Below, piece after piece: positions 63,936 through 64,000 of a stretch of 64,000 nt of DNA. The number at the start of each line of letters is the position of its first letter. The stretch's first letter is position 1. Source of the stretch: Deltaproteobacteria bacterium. GTDB lineage: Bacteria; Desulfobacterota; Desulfobacteria; Desulfobacterales; C00003060. The notes under the pieces are model-generated. The model was not told the DNA's origin. It saw nothing but the letters and a program-made list of their open reading frames with translations, and did no database searches. The position numbers and the translations under genes were made by a program. The stretch covers positions 16,416 to 80,415 of the forward strand of contig JAFGFW010000021.1 in NCBI GenBank assembly GCA_016930875.1, written 5' to 3'.

Positions 63936-64000
63936 CTTGCGAGCGGTGGCGAAGAAGAAAAACTGCAGGGAGTGCCCGCATATTCAATATGTCTTTAACG

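Overview
This 64-kb window looks like a sulfate-reducing Desulfobacterota (deltaproteobacterial) chromosome and splits into three parts. (1) 1-20.6 kb holds a 5'-truncated M1 peptidase. It is followed by a minus-strand cluster of NifX-like, Mrp/NBP35, MinD-ferredoxin, radical SAM, DUF59, DUF5320 and DUF134 genes of unknown collective function. Next come two YcaO-domain genes bracketing a B12-radical-SAM/FKBP-like fusion, a YkgJ Cys-cluster protein and a PrmA-like methyltransferase. (2) 20.9-39.5 kb holds nearly the whole dissimilatory sulfite-reduction electron chain: dsrABD, dsrN, a tetraheme cytochrome c3, tatB/A-tatC, tRNA-Leu(CAA), an RsbRD_N gene with dsrMKJOP, and a qrcABCD-like quinone reductase operon. 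Housekeeping genes follow (ddl, ATP-grasp, EndoIII-like, HD-GYP). (3) 45.9-64 kb is an accessory defence island. It has four toxin-antitoxin pairs, an IS1634-type transposase remnant, two truncated cas3 5' fragments each followed by a WYL regulator (one frameshifted), a Fic protein and an orphan RHH antitoxin. It ends in a tightly coupled type I CRISPR-Cas operon of unusual order: cas8-like, cas7, cas5, HD cas3'', helicase cas3', cas6, cas4-cas1 fusion, cas2. No CRISPR array lies in the window. The best leads are the atypical cas operon, which has a strong internal RBS/ATG that could yield a Cas11 from the large-subunit gene, the degraded cas3/WYL modules, the dual-YcaO/radical-SAM cluster, and several short palindromic repeat families, one copy sitting in-frame inside dsrN. 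All functional calls rest on motifs read by eye; no searches were run.
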